Shown here: positions 11,881 to 22,300 of the stretch, in pieces
Numbering within the stretch: the first letter of the stretch is position 1
How the letters are laid out: each line of letters opens with the position of its first letter
Assembly (NCBI GenBank): GCA_041691215.1
Contig: JBEPVB010000001.1
Span: forward strand, 1 to 62,087
Reading direction: 5' to 3'
Length of the DNA: 62,087 bases
Source: Chloroflexota bacterium
GTDB taxonomy: Bacteria > Chloroflexota > Limnocylindria > Limnocylindrales > CSP1-4
The notes under the pieces: generated by a model
Database searches by the model: none
What the model was told of the DNA's origin: nothing
What the model saw: the letters and a program-made list of their open reading frames with translations, nothing else
Program-made: the position numbers and the translations under genes

Positions 11881-11901
11881 GCGGAGTATAGCACGGGTCC
11901 C
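11881..11901 (-). promoter_or_regulatory. Candidate promoter block (GGGACCCGTGCTATACTCCGC) for rplS.
   Basis: Extended -10 TGCTATACT. The 21-nt block matches 58524-58544 (upstream of rpsF) at 20 of 21 positions. Confidence 0.45.
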
Positions 11902-11908
11902 GGCTGGC

Positions 11909-12655
11909 TCAGGCCTCGGGCGGCTCCGGGCCCGAGGCCCGCTCGGCCGCGATCCCGTCGAGGAGGCGCCGCTCCTCCGGCCCGCCGGTCCGGCCCTCCA
12001 GGAGGTCCGGGCGTCGCTCGAGCGTCCGCCGCAGGGAGGCCTCGAGCCGCCACCGCCGGACCGCCGCGTGGTCGCCGCCGACCAGGACGTCGGGCACGCC
12101 GGCCCCCCGGAAGACGGCCGGCCGCGTGTACTGCGGGTATTCGAGGAGCCCTTCGGCAAACGACTCCTCGGTCGTCGACGCAGCGTCGATGGCGCCGGGC
12201 AGGAGGCGGATCACCGCGTCGATCACGACCAGGGCGGGCAGCTCGCCGCCAGTCAGGACGTAGTCGCCAATCGAGATCTCGCGGTCGACGAGGTCGCGGA
12301 TGCGGTCGTCGACGCCCTCGTAGCGGGGGCAGACGAGGATCAGGTGCTCGCGGGCCACCAGATCGACGGCCAGGGCGTGGCTGAAACGCTCGCCGGCCGG
12401 ATCCATCAGGACGGCCGTCGATTCGGGCCGGCGGAGCGCATCGAGGGCGGCGGCAACGGGCTCCGGCCGGAGGACCATGCCCGCTCCCCCGCCATAGGGC
12501 GCATCGTCGACGCTCCGGTGGCGGCCGAGGCCCCATCGACGGAGGTCGTGGACCTCGATCTCGGCCAGGCCCGTCTCGCGAATACGACCCGGGATGCTGG
12601 CCGACAGGGGGCCCTCGAGCATCGCCGGGAAGAGGGTCAGGATGTCGATCCGCAC
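11909..12655 (-). CDS. trmD: tRNA (guanine37-N1)-methyltransferase.
   Basis: [16 protein letters not shown]...[12 protein letters not shown] motifs. The GTG at 12655 lies immediately after the rimM stop (TGAGGTG). Confidence 0.93.
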   Translation of the reverse strand: MRIDILTLFPAMLEGPLSASIPGRIRETGLAEIEVHDLRRWGLGRHRSVDDAPYGGGAGMVLRPEPVAAALDALRRPESTAVLMDPAGERFSHALAVDLVAREHLILVCPRYEGVDDRIRDLVDREISIGDYVLTGGELPALVVIDAVIRLLPGAIDAASTTEESFAEGLLEYPQYTRPAVFRGAGVPDVLVGGDHAAVRRWRLEASLRRTLERRPDLLEGRTGGPEERRLLDGIAAERASGPEPPEA

Positions 12656-12656
12656 C

Positions 12657-13364
12657 TCAGGCGCCCTCGGCCGGCTCCGGGACGTCCGAGTCCGGATTCG
12701 ACGCAGGCGCTTCCGCCGCTTGCGCGGCGTCGGGCATCCCGGCTTCGGGCGAGTCGGCGACCAGACCGACCGGACTGGCCGCAGCGGCCGGCGCGCCCTT
12801 GCCATGGCGGGACCAGCGCGGGCGCTTCCGCGCCGGGCGAGGGCGCGGCTCGTCGACCGGGGCGCCGTCGAGGTCGAGGATCGACGCATCCACGACGATC
12901 TCGCCGCGCTCCGGGGCGAAGACCCGGACGATGTCCCGGACGACGGGCAGGTCGAACGTTCCGGGCGGCCCGTCCTGGACGACGAAGACCTCGGCCTCGC
13001 CGACCCGGTAGATATCGGTGACCTTGCCTAGGTCCTGCCCGTCGAGGCCGCGGACCGGCGTCCCGATGACCTCGTGCCAGTAGGCGGCCCCGGGGGCAAG
13101 GTCCGCTGTCCGGTCGACGACGGCCTCGAGGTAGGCCTCCCGAAGCGGTTCGGCGGCCGCCCGGTCGGGGACTTCGCGAAAGCGCAGCCGCCAGCCGGGC
13201 CCATCGTCCACCGCCGTGGCCTCGACGATCGTCAGGGGTGCGTCGCTGCCCTCCCGATGGAGGACATGGCCGGCCACGAAGCGGTCCTCGGGCCGATCGG
13301 TGAGGACCTCCACCCGGAGGACGCCCCGGAGGCCGTGGAGGCCACGGACCTGGGCGACGACCAG
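12657..13364 (-). CDS. rimM: 16S rRNA processing protein RimM. The start is uncertain and probably non-canonical; there is a C-terminal low-complexity tail.
   Basis: The track ORF starts at GTG 13313 ([12 protein letters not shown]). The in-frame upstream sequence encodes the conserved RimM N-terminus [19 protein letters not shown] with no ATG, GTG or TTG. CTG codons lie at 13364 and 13394. Confidence 0.8.
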   Translation of the reverse strand: MVVAQVRGLHGLRGVLRVEVLTDRPEDRFVAGHVLHREGSDAPLTIVEATAVDDGPGWRLRFREVPDRAAAEPLREAYLEAVVDRTADLAPGAAYWHEVIGTPVRGLDGQDLGKVTDIYRVGEAEVFVVQDGPPGTFDLPVVRDIVRVFAPERGEIVVDASILDLDGAPVDEPRPRPARKRPRWSRHGKGAPAAAASPVGLVADSPEAGMPDAAQAAEAPASNPDSDVPEPAEGA

Positions 13365-13423
13365 CCGGGTCGTGACGGCCGGATGCGGCCCCAGCGCGTC
13401 CGGCCCGCCGCCGTGGGCCTCGC

Positions 13424-13657
13424 TCAGAGGATCTCGAGCGTCACCGAACCGCCGTCGCGGGCGGCCGTGACCTTCAGGAGCGTCCGGAGGGCCTTGGCGA
13501 CGCTGCCGTTCCGGCCGATGACCTTGCCCATGTCGTCTTCGGCGACATGCAGCTCGATGACGGTGCCATCGCCGTCCTCGACCTCGGTGACCGTGACGGA
13601 TGCCGGGTCATCGACGAGCGTCTTGGCGACGTACTCGACGAGCTCGCGGGCTGCCAT
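13424..13657 (-). CDS. KH-domain RNA-binding protein (YlqC/UPF0109 family).
   Basis: MAARELVEYVAKTLVDDP...MGKVIGRNGSVAKALRTLL (GxxG KH motif) at the conserved position between rpsP and rimM. Confidence 0.85.
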   Translation of the reverse strand: MAARELVEYVAKTLVDDPASVTVTEVEDGDGTVIELHVAEDDMGKVIGRNGSVAKALRTLLKVTAARDGGSVTLEIL

Positions 13658-13664
13658 CGCGGGC

Positions 13665-13919
13665 CTACTTTCCGGCGGGCAGCACGCCCGCAGCACGGAA
13701 CAGGCGGGCCACCGTGTCGGACGGCTGGGCGCCCTTGGCGAGCCACGCCTTGGCCTTCTCGGCGTCGACGGCGAACTCGACCGGTTCGGTTCGAGGGTTG
13801 TAGTGCCCGATCGTCTCGATCGAGCGGCTGTCGCGGGCGCTCCGCGAGTCGGCGACGACCACGCGATACGCCGGCTGCTTCTTCGCGCCGACGCGAGTGA
13901 GTCGGATTCGAACGGCCAT
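13665..13919 (-). CDS. rpsP: 30S ribosomal protein S16.
   Basis: [26 protein letters not shown]... with an AGGAGGAA SD upstream. The track ORF 13665..14228 was trimmed. Confidence 0.95.
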   Translation of the reverse strand: MAVRIRLTRVGAKKQPAYRVVVADSRSARDSRSIETIGHYNPRTEPVEFAVDAEKAKAWLAKGAQPSDTVARLFRAAGVLPAGK

Positions 13920-13962
13920 GGGGTGCGAGTTCCTCCTGTGTCCGGGCCCTTGCCGGCTCGGT

Positions 13963-13968
13963 AGCTTA
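13963..13968 (-). promoter_or_regulatory. Weak candidate internal -10 element (TAAGCT) for rpsP.
   Basis: The minus strand reads CAAGTAAGCTACCG and overlaps the stop codon of the upstream 681-aa gene. This is a sequence pattern only. Confidence 0.2.
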
Positions 13969-16011
13969 CTTGACGGTGACGATGATCCGACCGGTCGTGC
14001 CGGTCGGGGTGGTGAGGGTCGACTCGATGAGCCCGGCGAGGTGGCTGACGTAGGGCTGGATGTTGGCCCGGTAGGCATCCATATCGATGCCGGTCGGCGG
14101 GTGGGCGTCGATCCAGGCGACGACCGCCTCGATGCCGATGAATGCCTCGAGATCGTTCGGGCTGCCGGCCAGCTCGATGGCCCGCCGGTAGGTCGGGCTG
14201 CTGGCGAGCGAGGATGACGCGTCGACATCGATCACCCGCTCGAGGACGCCATCGCCGATCCCGACCATGAGGATGTCGCCACGTCGGGCCATCGAGAAGG
14301 CCAGGTTGGAGCCGGCGGGGATGACGCCGGCCGGCGCGCCGAGCGCCTCGAGCGTCGGGCCGAGGTCGCCGAGATTGACGGTCGTGATTGGGACACCGTT
14401 GTGGTCGGCGGTTCGAACCGTGATGTCGGTACCGATGGAAGCCAGCGTCAACAGGTTGCGGATCTGGTCGAGCCGGCTGCTGGCGGCATTGGCGTCGGCG
14501 CCCCGAAGGAGGACGACGGCGCCGGGGTTGCCCCCGGTCGGAATGCCGGCCACGCCGAGATCCTGGATCCAGCCGACGAGGCTATCGATGCCGCCCACGC
14601 TGGCCAGGGCCTGCTTGAGGCTCTCGAGCGCAGCGAGCTGGCTCGAGTCGGCCGCCAGAAGGCCCACGAAGCGCTCGATGTTGGCCCCGGCCCCATGGGC
14701 CTCGACGAACCCGTAGGCGTCGGCGGGAAGCACCGCGGCAAAGTGGCTCTTGTCGGACGGCGGATCGGACGGCAGGCCGCTCGGCAGCACCGGGCCGGCG
14801 ATCGGCGGCACGACGCTCTCGAGCTGGAGGGCATCATCGACCACCCGTACGCCGAGCATCACCCAGGCCGGGAGGGTCGATGTCCGCGCGGGGTCCAGCG
14901 TGGCGTTCGCCGAGGGCGTCAGCGACGGGATCGTGCCGATCGTCGCGCCCAGCGAGTCGACGGTGGCCTGCAACGCCTTGCCGTCGACGTAGGCGAGGGC
15001 CAGGTGGTCACCGGACAGGCGCTCGCGCGCGCTGCGGAACGTAGCGTTGGCGTCAATGCCCTTGCCGTCGAGCTTGGCATCGAGGCCGCCCGAGATGCCG
15101 GCCGGGCTGCCCAGCAGAAGGAAGCGGCCATCGACGGCGCAGGCAAGGCCGCTGCTGGGTCCGATCACGCTCAGCTGGATTCCGCGATGGACCTCGCCGT
15201 TGGTGCCCTTGCCCGCGGAGATGGACTGGCAGGTTGCCTTGCCGTCCGTGGTGGCCACGAGAAGCAGGCCGGACGGCGTCCGCCCGGCGCTGGCATCGGC
15301 GAGGTCCGAGACGCTCAGCGCCGCGGTCATGGGGCCGGCCAGGAGGGGCTTCACCTGCGTGGTGTAGTCAACCGCGCCGCCGCCGGCAGCCGTGACGATC
15401 CGGGCGAGCGCCTCGTCGATCTTGGCGGTGAGCGTGGACTGGTCGGCGAACCCGGGAAGATGGGCCAGGAAGTTGCCGAGGTGCTGGCGCTGGTCGCCGG
15501 GCAGGTCGGGCCGGAGCTCGACGACGACCGCGCTCCCGCTCGGGACGTAGCGCAAGGCCTCTGGCAGCGGCTTCGTACCGAGGAGCAGGGCCCCGGCAAG
15601 GGCGCCGCCGATGACCACCACCACGATCAGGGCGGCCACGAACCAGCGCATCCGGGAACGCCGAGGTGGCGTGGCGGGATCGGAACCGGCGGCAAGGATT
15701 GCCGGGGCGGGGCCGGTCGTGGGCACGGCGGCTGCCGCCAGGCCCCTCGTGCCGGCATTGACCGGCCCGGCCGCTTGGGCCTCGGCGCTCTCGATGCCGG
15801 GCGCAGGCGGCGGGTCCATCTCCGGTCGAGGGTTGGGTTGCGGTTGCGGATCCGTCGTCGGCGCCTCGCCCATCTCGGGTTGCGGATCCGTCGTGGGGGG
15901 CCCGCCCATCTCGGGTCGCGGGTCCTCCGCGGGTCGTGGGGCCATCTCGGGTTGCGGGTGCTCGGGGCGCTCGGCCATCTCGGGTCGCGGGTCCATCTCG
16001 TTCTCCCCCAT
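13966..16011 (-). CDS. Single-pass membrane protein of unknown function (possibly DUF3352-like) with a Pro-rich repeat N-terminus.
   Basis: 681-aa ORF. Five P[RQ]PEM repeats lie in the first 65 aa. The TM helix is [23 protein letters not shown] (about aa 122-145). A domain of about 535 aa with no catalytic motif I recognise follows. The ATG overlaps the ffh stop (TGATG at 16009-16013). Confidence 0.75.
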   Translation of the reverse strand: MGENEMDPRPEMAERPEHPQPEMAPRPAEDPRPEMGGPPTTDPQPEMGEAPTTDPQPQPNPRPEMDPPPAPGIESAEAQAAGPVNAGTRGLAAAAVPTTGPAPAILAAGSDPATPPRRSRMRWFVAALIVVVVIGGALAGALLLGTKPLPEALRYVPSGSAVVVELRPDLPGDQRQHLGNFLAHLPGFADQSTLTAKIDEALARIVTAAGGGAVDYTTQVKPLLAGPMTAALSVSDLADASAGRTPSGLLLVATTDGKATCQSISAGKGTNGEVHRGIQLSVIGPSSGLACAVDGRFLLLGSPAGISGGLDAKLDGKGIDANATFRSARERLSGDHLALAYVDGKALQATVDSLGATIGTIPSLTPSANATLDPARTSTLPAWVMLGVRVVDDALQLESVVPPIAGPVLPSGLPSDPPSDKSHFAAVLPADAYGFVEAHGAGANIERFVGLLAADSSQLAALESLKQALASVGGIDSLVGWIQDLGVAGIPTGGNPGAVVLLRGADANAASSRLDQIRNLLTLASIGTDITVRTADHNGVPITTVNLGDLGPTLEALGAPAGVIPAGSNLAFSMARRGDILMVGIGDGVLERVIDVDASSSLASSPTYRRAIELAGSPNDLEAFIGIEAVVAWIDAHPPTGIDMDAYRANIQPYVSHLAGLIESTLTTPTGTTGRIIVTVK
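15815..16005 (-). repeat. Imperfect coding repeats (ccatctcgggtYgcgg units) encoding P[RQ]PEM.
   Basis: Units recur at irregular spacing within the 5' end of the 681-aa ORF. Confidence 0.7.
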
Positions 16012-17345
16012 CAGCGGCGACCGACGAGGCCAGCCATGCCGCCGCCCATGCCCCGCAAGCCGCCGAGCTGCTTCATGACCTTCTGCATGTCGCCGAACTG
16101 CTTCACCAGGCGATTCACGTCCGGTAGCGTGGTCCCCGAGCCGGTCGCGATGCGCCGCCGGCGCGAGGCGTTCAGGACCCCAGGGTCGCGCCGCTCGCGC
16201 GGGGTCATCGAGCGGATGATCGCCTCGGTTCGCTTCATCTCCCCGCGATCGACGGCGGCCTGGGCTTCCTTGGCCATGCCACCCATGCCCGGGATCATGC
16301 CCACGAGCTGGCCGATGGGGCCCATCTTCTGGACCTGCTGGAGCTGCTCGAGCATGTCCTCGAGGGTGAACTCGGCCCTCCGGAGCTTGGCCTCGAGCTT
16401 CTGGGCCTGCTGGACGTCGACGAACTCCTCGGCCCGCTCGACGAGGGTCATGACGTCGCCCATGCCCAGGATCCGCCCGGCAAGGCGGTCCGGATGGAAG
16501 ACCTCGAGGGCATCGGTCTTTTCGCCGGTTCCCATGAACTTGACGGGCAAGCCGGTGACCGAGGCGATCGAGAGGGCGGCTCCACCGCGGGCGTCACCGT
16601 CGATCTTGGTCAGCACAAGACCCGTGACCGGGACCGCCGCGGCGAACGCCTGGGCCACGGCCACGGCCTCCTGGCCGGTCATGGCGTCGACGACGAGCAG
16701 CGTCTCGATGGGCTTGACCGCGGCGTTGACCGCCCCGATCTCGGCCATCAGCGCCTCGTCGAGGGTCAATCGTCCGGCCGTATCGAGGATCACCGTGTCG
16801 CGGACGAGCCGGCGGGCCGCCTCGAGCCCGCCGAGGGCGATGTCGACGACCGACGTTCCCACGGGTGCTCGGTGGACCGGGATGTCGAGGGCCCGACCGA
16901 GCGTCTCGAGCTGATCGGCCGCCGCCGGGCGATAGGGATCCGCGGCGACCAGGAGGGGTCGCCGGCCCTGCTTGACGATGTGGCGGGCGAGCTTGGCGGC
17001 GGTCGTCGTCTTGCCCGAGCCCTGGAGGCCCACGAGGGCGATCACGGCCGGGTTGCCCTGGAGGTGGAACGTCCGGTCGCCAACGGTCAGGAGGGCGACG
17101 AGCTCGTCGTGGACGATCTTCACGACCTGCTGGCCGGCCGTCAGGCTGCCCAGGATCTCCGCTCCGACCGCCTGCTCCCGGACGCGGGCGATGAAGTCCT
17201 TGACGACCCGGAAGTTGACGTCGGCCTCGAGGAGCGAGAGGCGGATCTCGCGCATGGCCACGTCGACGTCGGCCTCGGAGATGCGGCCGCGACCGGTCAG
17301 CGAGGCCAGGGTCTGGCGCAGGCGGTCGCTCAGGGCGTCGAACAC
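16011..17345 (-). CDS. ffh: Signal recognition particle protein Ffh.
   Basis: GLQGSGKTTTAAKLA and DTAGRL motifs, plus a Met-rich M domain (GMIPGMGGM). Confidence 0.97.
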   Translation of the reverse strand: MFDALSDRLRQTLASLTGRGRISEADVDVAMREIRLSLLEADVNFRVVKDFIARVREQAVGAEILGSLTAGQQVVKIVHDELVALLTVGDRTFHLQGNPAVIALVGLQGSGKTTTAAKLARHIVKQGRRPLLVAADPYRPAAADQLETLGRALDIPVHRAPVGTSVVDIALGGLEAARRLVRDTVILDTAGRLTLDEALMAEIGAVNAAVKPIETLLVVDAMTGQEAVAVAQAFAAAVPVTGLVLTKIDGDARGGAALSIASVTGLPVKFMGTGEKTDALEVFHPDRLAGRILGMGDVMTLVERAEEFVDVQQAQKLEAKLRRAEFTLEDMLEQLQQVQKMGPIGQLVGMIPGMGGMAKEAQAAVDRGEMKRTEAIIRSMTPRERRDPGVLNASRRRRIATGSGTTLPDVNRLVKQFGDMQKVMKQLGGLRGMGGGMAGLVGRR

Positions 17346-17439
17346 GGGTCGGTGGATCTCCTGGTCAGGCTCGGTGCCGGCGCCGCGCGAGCGGGCGGGC
17401 CGGGTGGTGCGCGGGTTCTGGCGACACCGGGGTCGCTCG

Positions 17440-17445
17440 AGTGTA
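17440..17445 (-). promoter_or_regulatory. Candidate -10 element (TACACT) for ffh.
   Basis: The minus strand reads TGCGCTACACTCGAG in the 105-nt gap upstream of ffh. Confidence 0.3.
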
Positions 17446-17450
17446 GCGCA

Positions 17451-18365
17451 TCAACCGCCCGGCGCCGCCGCGCCGATCCTGATCGGGACGGTGGCGACCG
17501 ACTTGCCATCGCGGATGACGAGGGCATACGTACCGGGACCCGGGATCGGGACGTCGAAGCGGCTGGTCAGGCCCGATTTCGTGGCCCGGGGAAGGAGGAC
17601 CGCCGCCGACTGGCTATGGCCGTCCGGGCGGGCCGCCACGACCGTCCCATTGGGCAGCCTCAGCCCGACGTTGGCCACGGTGAAGGCGAAGCCGCCCTGG
17701 AACGTGCCGAGGTATTTCGCGTCGTAGACCACGGTCAGGGCCAGGGATCCCGGGGGCAGCTCCAGGCCCCAATCGGGCAGGTCCGCCCGCAGGACCCCCG
17801 ACTTCAGGGTCAGCTTCAGCGAGCCCGCCTTGCCAGAGCCGCTCAGGGCGAGCGGCCGCGGTTCGTTGGTCACGAGGGCGGCCACGCCCGTCACCAATGG
17901 CACGACGACCTGGTGCTCGCTCGTCCGCCCGATGCGGAAGGTCGCATGGCCGACCTCGAATCCGGTCCCGACATCGAATCGGATGCTGACCGCCGCCGAG
18001 GCCCCGGGGTCGATGTCGGGCAGCTCGGTGCCCCGGACTGGCTCCAGGACGAGGCCGCCCGAGGTCATCCGGATCGGCGCGTCGAGACTGGCCGGATCGG
18101 CGCCCGGGTTCTCGATCCGAAGCGCGACCGTCAGTGCGCCAACCCCGGCCCGCAGCACGGTGTTGACGGAATCGAGGTGGACCACGAGGCCGGCATACCA
18201 GGCGGTCTGCTGGAGGGCGTAGGTCGTACTGATCGGCGTCGGCAGGGGCACGTCGGTCGGCGTCGCCGCGGGCGGTGGCTGGTTGTCGGAACCGCAGCCG
18301 GCGAGGACCGCCGCGAGGACGAGCCCGGCGATCGTGGCAGCGCGGCCACGACCCCGCCCGGTCAC
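17451..18365 (-). CDS. Predicted lipoprotein of unknown function.
   Basis: Signal peptide with a lipobox: MTGRGRGRAATIAGLVLAAVLAGC|GSD. The mature part is beta-rich. The GTG start overlaps the ftsY stop (GTGA at 18362-18365). Confidence 0.75.
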   Translation of the reverse strand: MTGRGRGRAATIAGLVLAAVLAGCGSDNQPPPAATPTDVPLPTPISTTYALQQTAWYAGLVVHLDSVNTVLRAGVGALTVALRIENPGADPASLDAPIRMTSGGLVLEPVRGTELPDIDPGASAAVSIRFDVGTGFEVGHATFRIGRTSEHQVVVPLVTGVAALVTNEPRPLALSGSGKAGSLKLTLKSGVLRADLPDWGLELPPGSLALTVVYDAKYLGTFQGGFAFTVANVGLRLPNGTVVAARPDGHSQSAAVLLPRATKSGLTSRFDVPIPGPGTYALVIRDGKSVATVPIRIGAAAPGG

Positions 18366-19300
18366 GCCTGGGTGGAACCGTAGAGCGCGGCTACGAAGGC
18401 GGACGGGTCGAAGGCCAGCAGGTCGTGGACGCCCTCCCCCACCCCGACGAAGCGGACCGGCACGCGGAGCTGGTCCTCGATGGCGAAGACGATCCCGCCC
18501 CGGGACGTCGAGTCGAGCTTCGTCAGGACGATCCCGGTGAGCCCCACCGCGGCATGGAAGGCCAGGGCCTGGCTCAGGCCGTTCTGCCCGGTCGAGGCAT
18601 CCAGGACAAAGAGGGTCTCGGGCTTCGCGCCGGGCAGGCGCCGATCGATGACCCGGCGGATCTTGGCCAGCTCATCCATGAGGTTCACCTTGGTGTGCAG
18701 GCGGCCCGCGGTGTCGGCGATGACGAGATCCGCACCACGGGCAAGGCCGGCGTCGAGGGCGTCATAGACGACCGCGGCTGGGTCCGCGCCCGGGGCGTGC
18801 GACACGACCTCGGCGCCGGCCCGCCGGGCCCAGACCTGGAGCTGCTCGATCGCGGCGGCGCGGAAGGTATCGGCTGCGGCCAGGATGACCCGCCGCCCCG
18901 CCGAGACCTCGCGGGCCGCGAGCTTGCCGATGGTCGTCGTCTTGCCCGTGCCGTTGACCCCGACGACGAGGATGATCGTGGGGTGACCGGCCACGGCGGG
19001 CCGGAGGTCCCAATCCGGATCCCGTGGCGCGAGGAGGCGCTCCAGCTCCGCCCGGACGGCAGCCCCGGGCGAGGTGGCGTCGCGCTGGGCGCGAGCCCGC
19101 TCGACGATCCGGGTGGCCAGGATGACGCCCACGTCACCGGCGATCAGCGCCTCCTCGGCGGCCTCCCACTCGGCATCCCCGAACGATGGCCCGACGAAGA
19201 TGCCCCGCAGCCGGGACATGAAGCCACCCCGGCTGCGGGCGACGCCGGCCTCGAGATCCCCCTCGGGCAAGACCCGCTCGACGGGTTCGTCCGTGGTCAC
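18362..19300 (-). CDS. ftsY: SRP receptor FtsY (short N-terminus).
   Basis: GVNGTGKTTTIGKLA and DTAGRLH motifs. The GTG at 19300 overlaps the smc stop (GTGA). The track ORF start at 19588 lies inside smc. Confidence 0.93.
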   Translation of the reverse strand: MTTDEPVERVLPEGDLEAGVARSRGGFMSRLRGIFVGPSFGDAEWEAAEEALIAGDVGVILATRIVERARAQRDATSPGAAVRAELERLLAPRDPDWDLRPAVAGHPTIILVVGVNGTGKTTTIGKLAAREVSAGRRVILAAADTFRAAAIEQLQVWARRAGAEVVSHAPGADPAAVVYDALDAGLARGADLVIADTAGRLHTKVNLMDELAKIRRVIDRRLPGAKPETLFVLDASTGQNGLSQALAFHAAVGLTGIVLTKLDSTSRGGIVFAIEDQLRVPVRFVGVGEGVHDLLAFDPSAFVAALYGSTQA

Positions 19301-22300
19301 GCCGGCGACCCCATGCCGCTCGAACCGGCCGCGACCGCGGGTCCGACCGCCCCGTCCGAGCGACCCTGCTCCGCGAGCTCGGTCGCCTCGTCGAGACGAA
19401 GGCTGATGACGCGCGAGACGGAATCGTCGCCGACGGTCACGCCATACAGGGCGTCGGCGATCTCGATGGTCCCCCGATTGTGGGTGATGACGATGAACTG
19501 GGTCGCCTCGGCCAGCTCCCGGAGGGCGGCCGTGAAGCGGCCGACGTTCGCCTCGTCGAGCGCGGCGTCGACCTCGTCGAGGACGCAAAACGGCACCGGC
19601 CGGACCTCGAGCATGGCGAAGAGGAGGGCCACGGCGGTCAGGGCCCGCTCTCCGCCCGACAGCATCGCCAGCGCCTGCGGCTTCTTGCCCGGTGGACGGG
19701 CCACGATCTCGATACCGGTCGAGGCGAGGTCCTCGGGATCCGTCAGGCTGAGGCGGGCAAAGCCGCCGCCGAAGAGCTGCCTGAAGCGCGCGTCGAAGCG
19801 CGTCTCGAGGGCCGCGAACGTGGAGCGGAACTGGGTCGAGATCATCGTGTCGAGCTCGGCGATCAGGGATCGGGTCCGGTCGATCGCGGTGCGCAGGTCG
19901 TCGCGCTGCCCCTCCAGCTGCTCGAGGCGCGTCCGGACCGTGGCGTACTCATCGACGGCGAACGGATTCGCCGCGCCGAGCTCGTGGTAGCGGCGGCGCA
20001 GCCCGGCGAGCCGGCCGGGCGATGGCGGCGGATCGGGAGGCGCCGTTGCCGCCCAGACAGTGCCGGCCGCGGCAAGCGCCGCCGTGAGGCGAGCCGCGTC
20101 CTCGCCCTCGTCGTCGGCCGCCTCGGCGTCCGCAGCGGCGGCATCGCTCGTGGCGGCGGCCGGGACCGCGGCTTCGTCGGTGGCGGTCGGCCCGGACGAT
20201 CCGCTCGTCGGTACGCGACCCTGGTCATCGGCCGGCGCGGGGTCCCCGGCCGGTTCGAGGTGGCGGAGGCTCAGCGAGCCGAGGCCGGCCAGCTCGACTT
20301 GCAGCTGCTCGCGGATGGCATCGAGGCCCAAACGAGCCTCGAGATCGCGGACCTCGGCCACCCGCGCCGCATCCTCGGCGGCGCGAAGCCGATCGCGGGC
20401 GGCTGCCGAGGCATGCTCAGCCTCCCCGAGGCGGCTCCGGTCGGCCGCATCGGCGGCTTCGAGGCCGTGCAGTGCCTCGCCCGCCTCGGCCTCCCGAACG
20501 ACCGCTTCCGCGAGGCGTGCGACGAGCGCGTCGCGTTCCGCGTCCATGGCCCGTTCGCGCTCGGCCAGGGCGAGCATCGACCGATCCGTCGCGGCGAGGC
20601 GGGCCTCATCGAGGTCGATGGCAGCCTCGGCGGCCGCTCGCCGCCGGTCGGCCTCGCGTCGGATCGCATCGGTCTCGGCAACCTGGGCCGCCAGCCGGTC
20701 GCGGCGTGATCGGAGCTCGGCGGCCCTCGCCTGCCAGGTTCGTAGAGCGTCCGAGGCAGCGGGGTCGCCTGCACTTGCCACGCTCGGCGTCAACGGCGCC
20801 GGGACCGCCGCTCGTGCCCGCTCGACCTCGGCGGCCAGGCGGTCCATCTGGGCAGCGTGCCAGGCCGCTTCGCGGACGTCTGCCTCGAGGCGACGTGCGG
20901 ACAGGCGCTCCTCCTCCTCGGCTCGGCGGCGCTCGCCGGTCGCCGCATCCTCGGCCGAGCGCGCCGCGTCGAGCGCGTTGCGGGCCGCGGCCATCGCATT
21001 CTCGGCCGCGACCCGATCCGCCGCGGCGAGCCCGGCCACCTTCTCGGCCGCACGAAGCTCAGTGGTAGACCGGTCGAGCTCGGCCTTGCGCTCGAGCGTT
21101 CGGTCACTCCCGCCGAGGCGAACCGTGACCTCGCCGATCAGGGCCGAGCCGTCCAAGGGCACGGCGGACCAGCCTGCAGGCAGGATCGGCTGCGTGCCGA
21201 GTGCCGAAGCGAGGTCGGGCAGCCAGACCACGCGGGCCAGCAGCCGACTGGCGGCACCCGCACCGTCGCGCCGGATCGCCTCTCGGAGGAGCCCCCCGCC
21301 GGCTGCCGCGACGTGGTCGCGAAGGGCGACACCGGGGTCCGGCGCCAGGCCAGCTACCGCTCGGCCCGCCGGCGCCGTGCCAGCCGGCCGTTGCCCAGCG
21401 GACGGCGGCGCCACTGTCATTCCGGAGACGTCGCGGAGGCGATCCGCGACGACGCCGAGGCCCCGATCGCCGGGCTTCTCGAGGAGCCCGTCGGTCGTCG
21501 TGAGGTAGGCCCGCGCCGCGCCGGCCAGGGCCGTGTCGGCCGCCGCCTGGAAGACGGGGTCGACGACGAGCCCGTCGTCGACCCGGCGTGCGCCGCGGTC
21601 CCGCATCCGGGCGGCAAAGCCGCTGCTGCGGTCGTCCTCGATGGCCGCCTTGGCGGCGTCGACCCGGGCGTGGGCCGCGGCCAGCCCGGCAGTGGCGGTG
21701 CCAGCCCGCTCCGCAGCGGTCGCGGCGGCAGCACCGGCCGCCGTCCAGGCGCGGGCGGCCTCTTCCCGGGCGGAGGCCGCGGCCCCCTCCGCCGCGACGG
21801 CCACCTCGAGCGTCGTCGTCGCGTGGGCCGTTGTCCTCGTCGCCTGGTCGACCTTCTCGGCCATCGACGCCGCGTTCGCCGTTTCCTCGGCAAGCCGGCG
21901 CTCGGCCTCGGCCAGCCGGCGGCTGCCAGCCTCGACCTCGGCAGCCCGGGCGGTCCCTGCGCGCCGGACGGCGGCCGAATCCTCGTCGCGGGCCTGGTTC
22001 GCGGCCTGCAGGTCGGCCAGCTCCGCGAGCGCCGCCGCCAGCTCCCGCTCGGCATCGGCCAGGGCAGCATCGAGGGCCACGTCCCGCGACCCGGTCGGCG
22101 CGGCGAGGCGTCGGCGCTGCTGGGCGAGGTCAGCGTCCGTTGCCGCCCGCTCCCCGGAGATCCGCTCGCGGTCGCGTCCGAGGGCGCTCCGCTCGGCAGT
22201 GATCCGGCCCTCCTCGAGGCGGGCCGCGGTCAATACGGTTCGGGCCGCGTCGGCCCGGGCCCGCAGCGCAGCTCCGGAGCGAGCGCGTTCGTCCAGCGCC

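Noticed and set aside
15815-16005. Repeat arrays at 13-170, 15815-16005 and 60761-60928, considered as possible CRISPR or minisatellite loci.
   Set aside because: All are in-frame coding repeats inside ORFs with no spacer-like unique segments. No cas genes are present.
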